DNA of 20,000 bases from Chiloscyllium plagiosum. Lineage: Eukaryota. The first letter of the stretch is position 1, and each line of letters opens with the position of its first letter. The notes under the pieces are model-generated. The model was given only the letters and a program-made list of their open reading frames with translations. It made no database searches and was not told where the DNA came from. Where the stretch lies: contig NC_057717.1 of the NCBI RefSeq assembly GCF_004010195.1, positions 106,751,618-106,771,617 on the forward strand, read 5' to 3'. The translations under genes and the position numbers were made by a program. Below are positions 19,560 through 20,000 of this stretch, one piece after another.

Positions 19560-19960
19560 CACCCGGAGCTGCCCAGCTCCTCCCGCACTCTGTTTCGGAT
19601 TAACTCCGCTCTTTCGGGGGCCTGTTCGACACAGGAACTGAGAGAGCCGGACCGGATGCCGGAAGGCAGGGATAGTGTGCCGGACCGGATGCCGGAAGGC
19701 GGGGATTGTGTGCCGGACCGAGCCGGCTGGGGGCGGGGATTAAGCGGGGGCCTGGTTTCCGGTGAGTCCGGTTTAGTGCGGGAGGTGGTTTGTTTTCGGT
19801 TCTCTCTGTATATGGGGATTGGAGCGCTGTTTCTCGGAGGTTAACTAATAACTTATTGATATCGGCTTCATCGTGTCGCGATTTCCGGGAAAGATATAAC
19901 ATTCAGCAATCAACCCGACCGACTGCGCGTGCGCAGTGATAAGTTAGAGCAATCTACCCC
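19560..19960. promoter_or_regulatory. CpG island, probable promoter of a neighbouring gene
   Basis: High CpG density; ETS-like CCGGAAG in each 33-bp repeat; GC box GGGGCGGGG at about 19730; NRF1 site TGCGCGTGCGCA at 19924-19935; + strand donor CCG|GTGAGT at 19761/19762. Confidence 0.7.
19646..19720. repeat. 33-bp tandem repeat, about 2.3 copies
   Basis: GCCGGACCGGATGCCGGAAGGCAGGGATAGTGT (19646-19678), GCCGGACCGGATGCCGGAAGGCGGGGATTGTGT (19679-19711), GCCGGACCG (19712-19720). Confidence 0.92.
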
Positions 19961-20000
19961 CATCCACCCCCCCCCATCCATCCCCCACTCACCTCCCCCC

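Noticed and set aside
19621..19635. Hairpin CCTGT-TCGAC-ACAGG resembling a tRNA T-arm
   Set aside because: No cloverleaf or A box around it.
19600..19902. 100-aa minus-strand ORF with PASGPAH repeats
   Set aside because: The peptide repeat comes from the 33-bp DNA duplication in a CpG island; no homology recognised.

Overview
Vertebrate genomic DNA, most likely a shark or other cartilaginous fish, judged from HE1-type V-SINEs, CR1/HER1-like LINEs and the repeat types present. The window holds one complete spliced protein-coding gene on the + strand, YJU2B/CCDC130 (splicing factor). It has a CpG-island promoter, a probable non-coding first exon and 9 coding exons that join in frame to 1155 nt (384 aa plus stop). 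The rest is mostly transposon debris: Penelope-like (PLE) RT and GIY-YIG fragments, and PLE terminal repeats carrying hammerhead-ribozyme cores, one of which (19487-19523) looks largely intact. Also present are RTE, Rex1/Babar and CR1 LINE fragments, several nested inside one another, and a degenerate PIF/Harbinger transposase fossil that the ORF track does not show. A processed RPS15A retro-pseudogene with a poly(A) remnant lies near the right end, followed by a second CpG-island promoter. I found no convincing new multi-gene system. The hammerhead motifs, the Harbinger fossil and the retrocopy are the most interesting items. Family assignments come from recognising motifs, not from database searches, and repeat boundaries are approximate.
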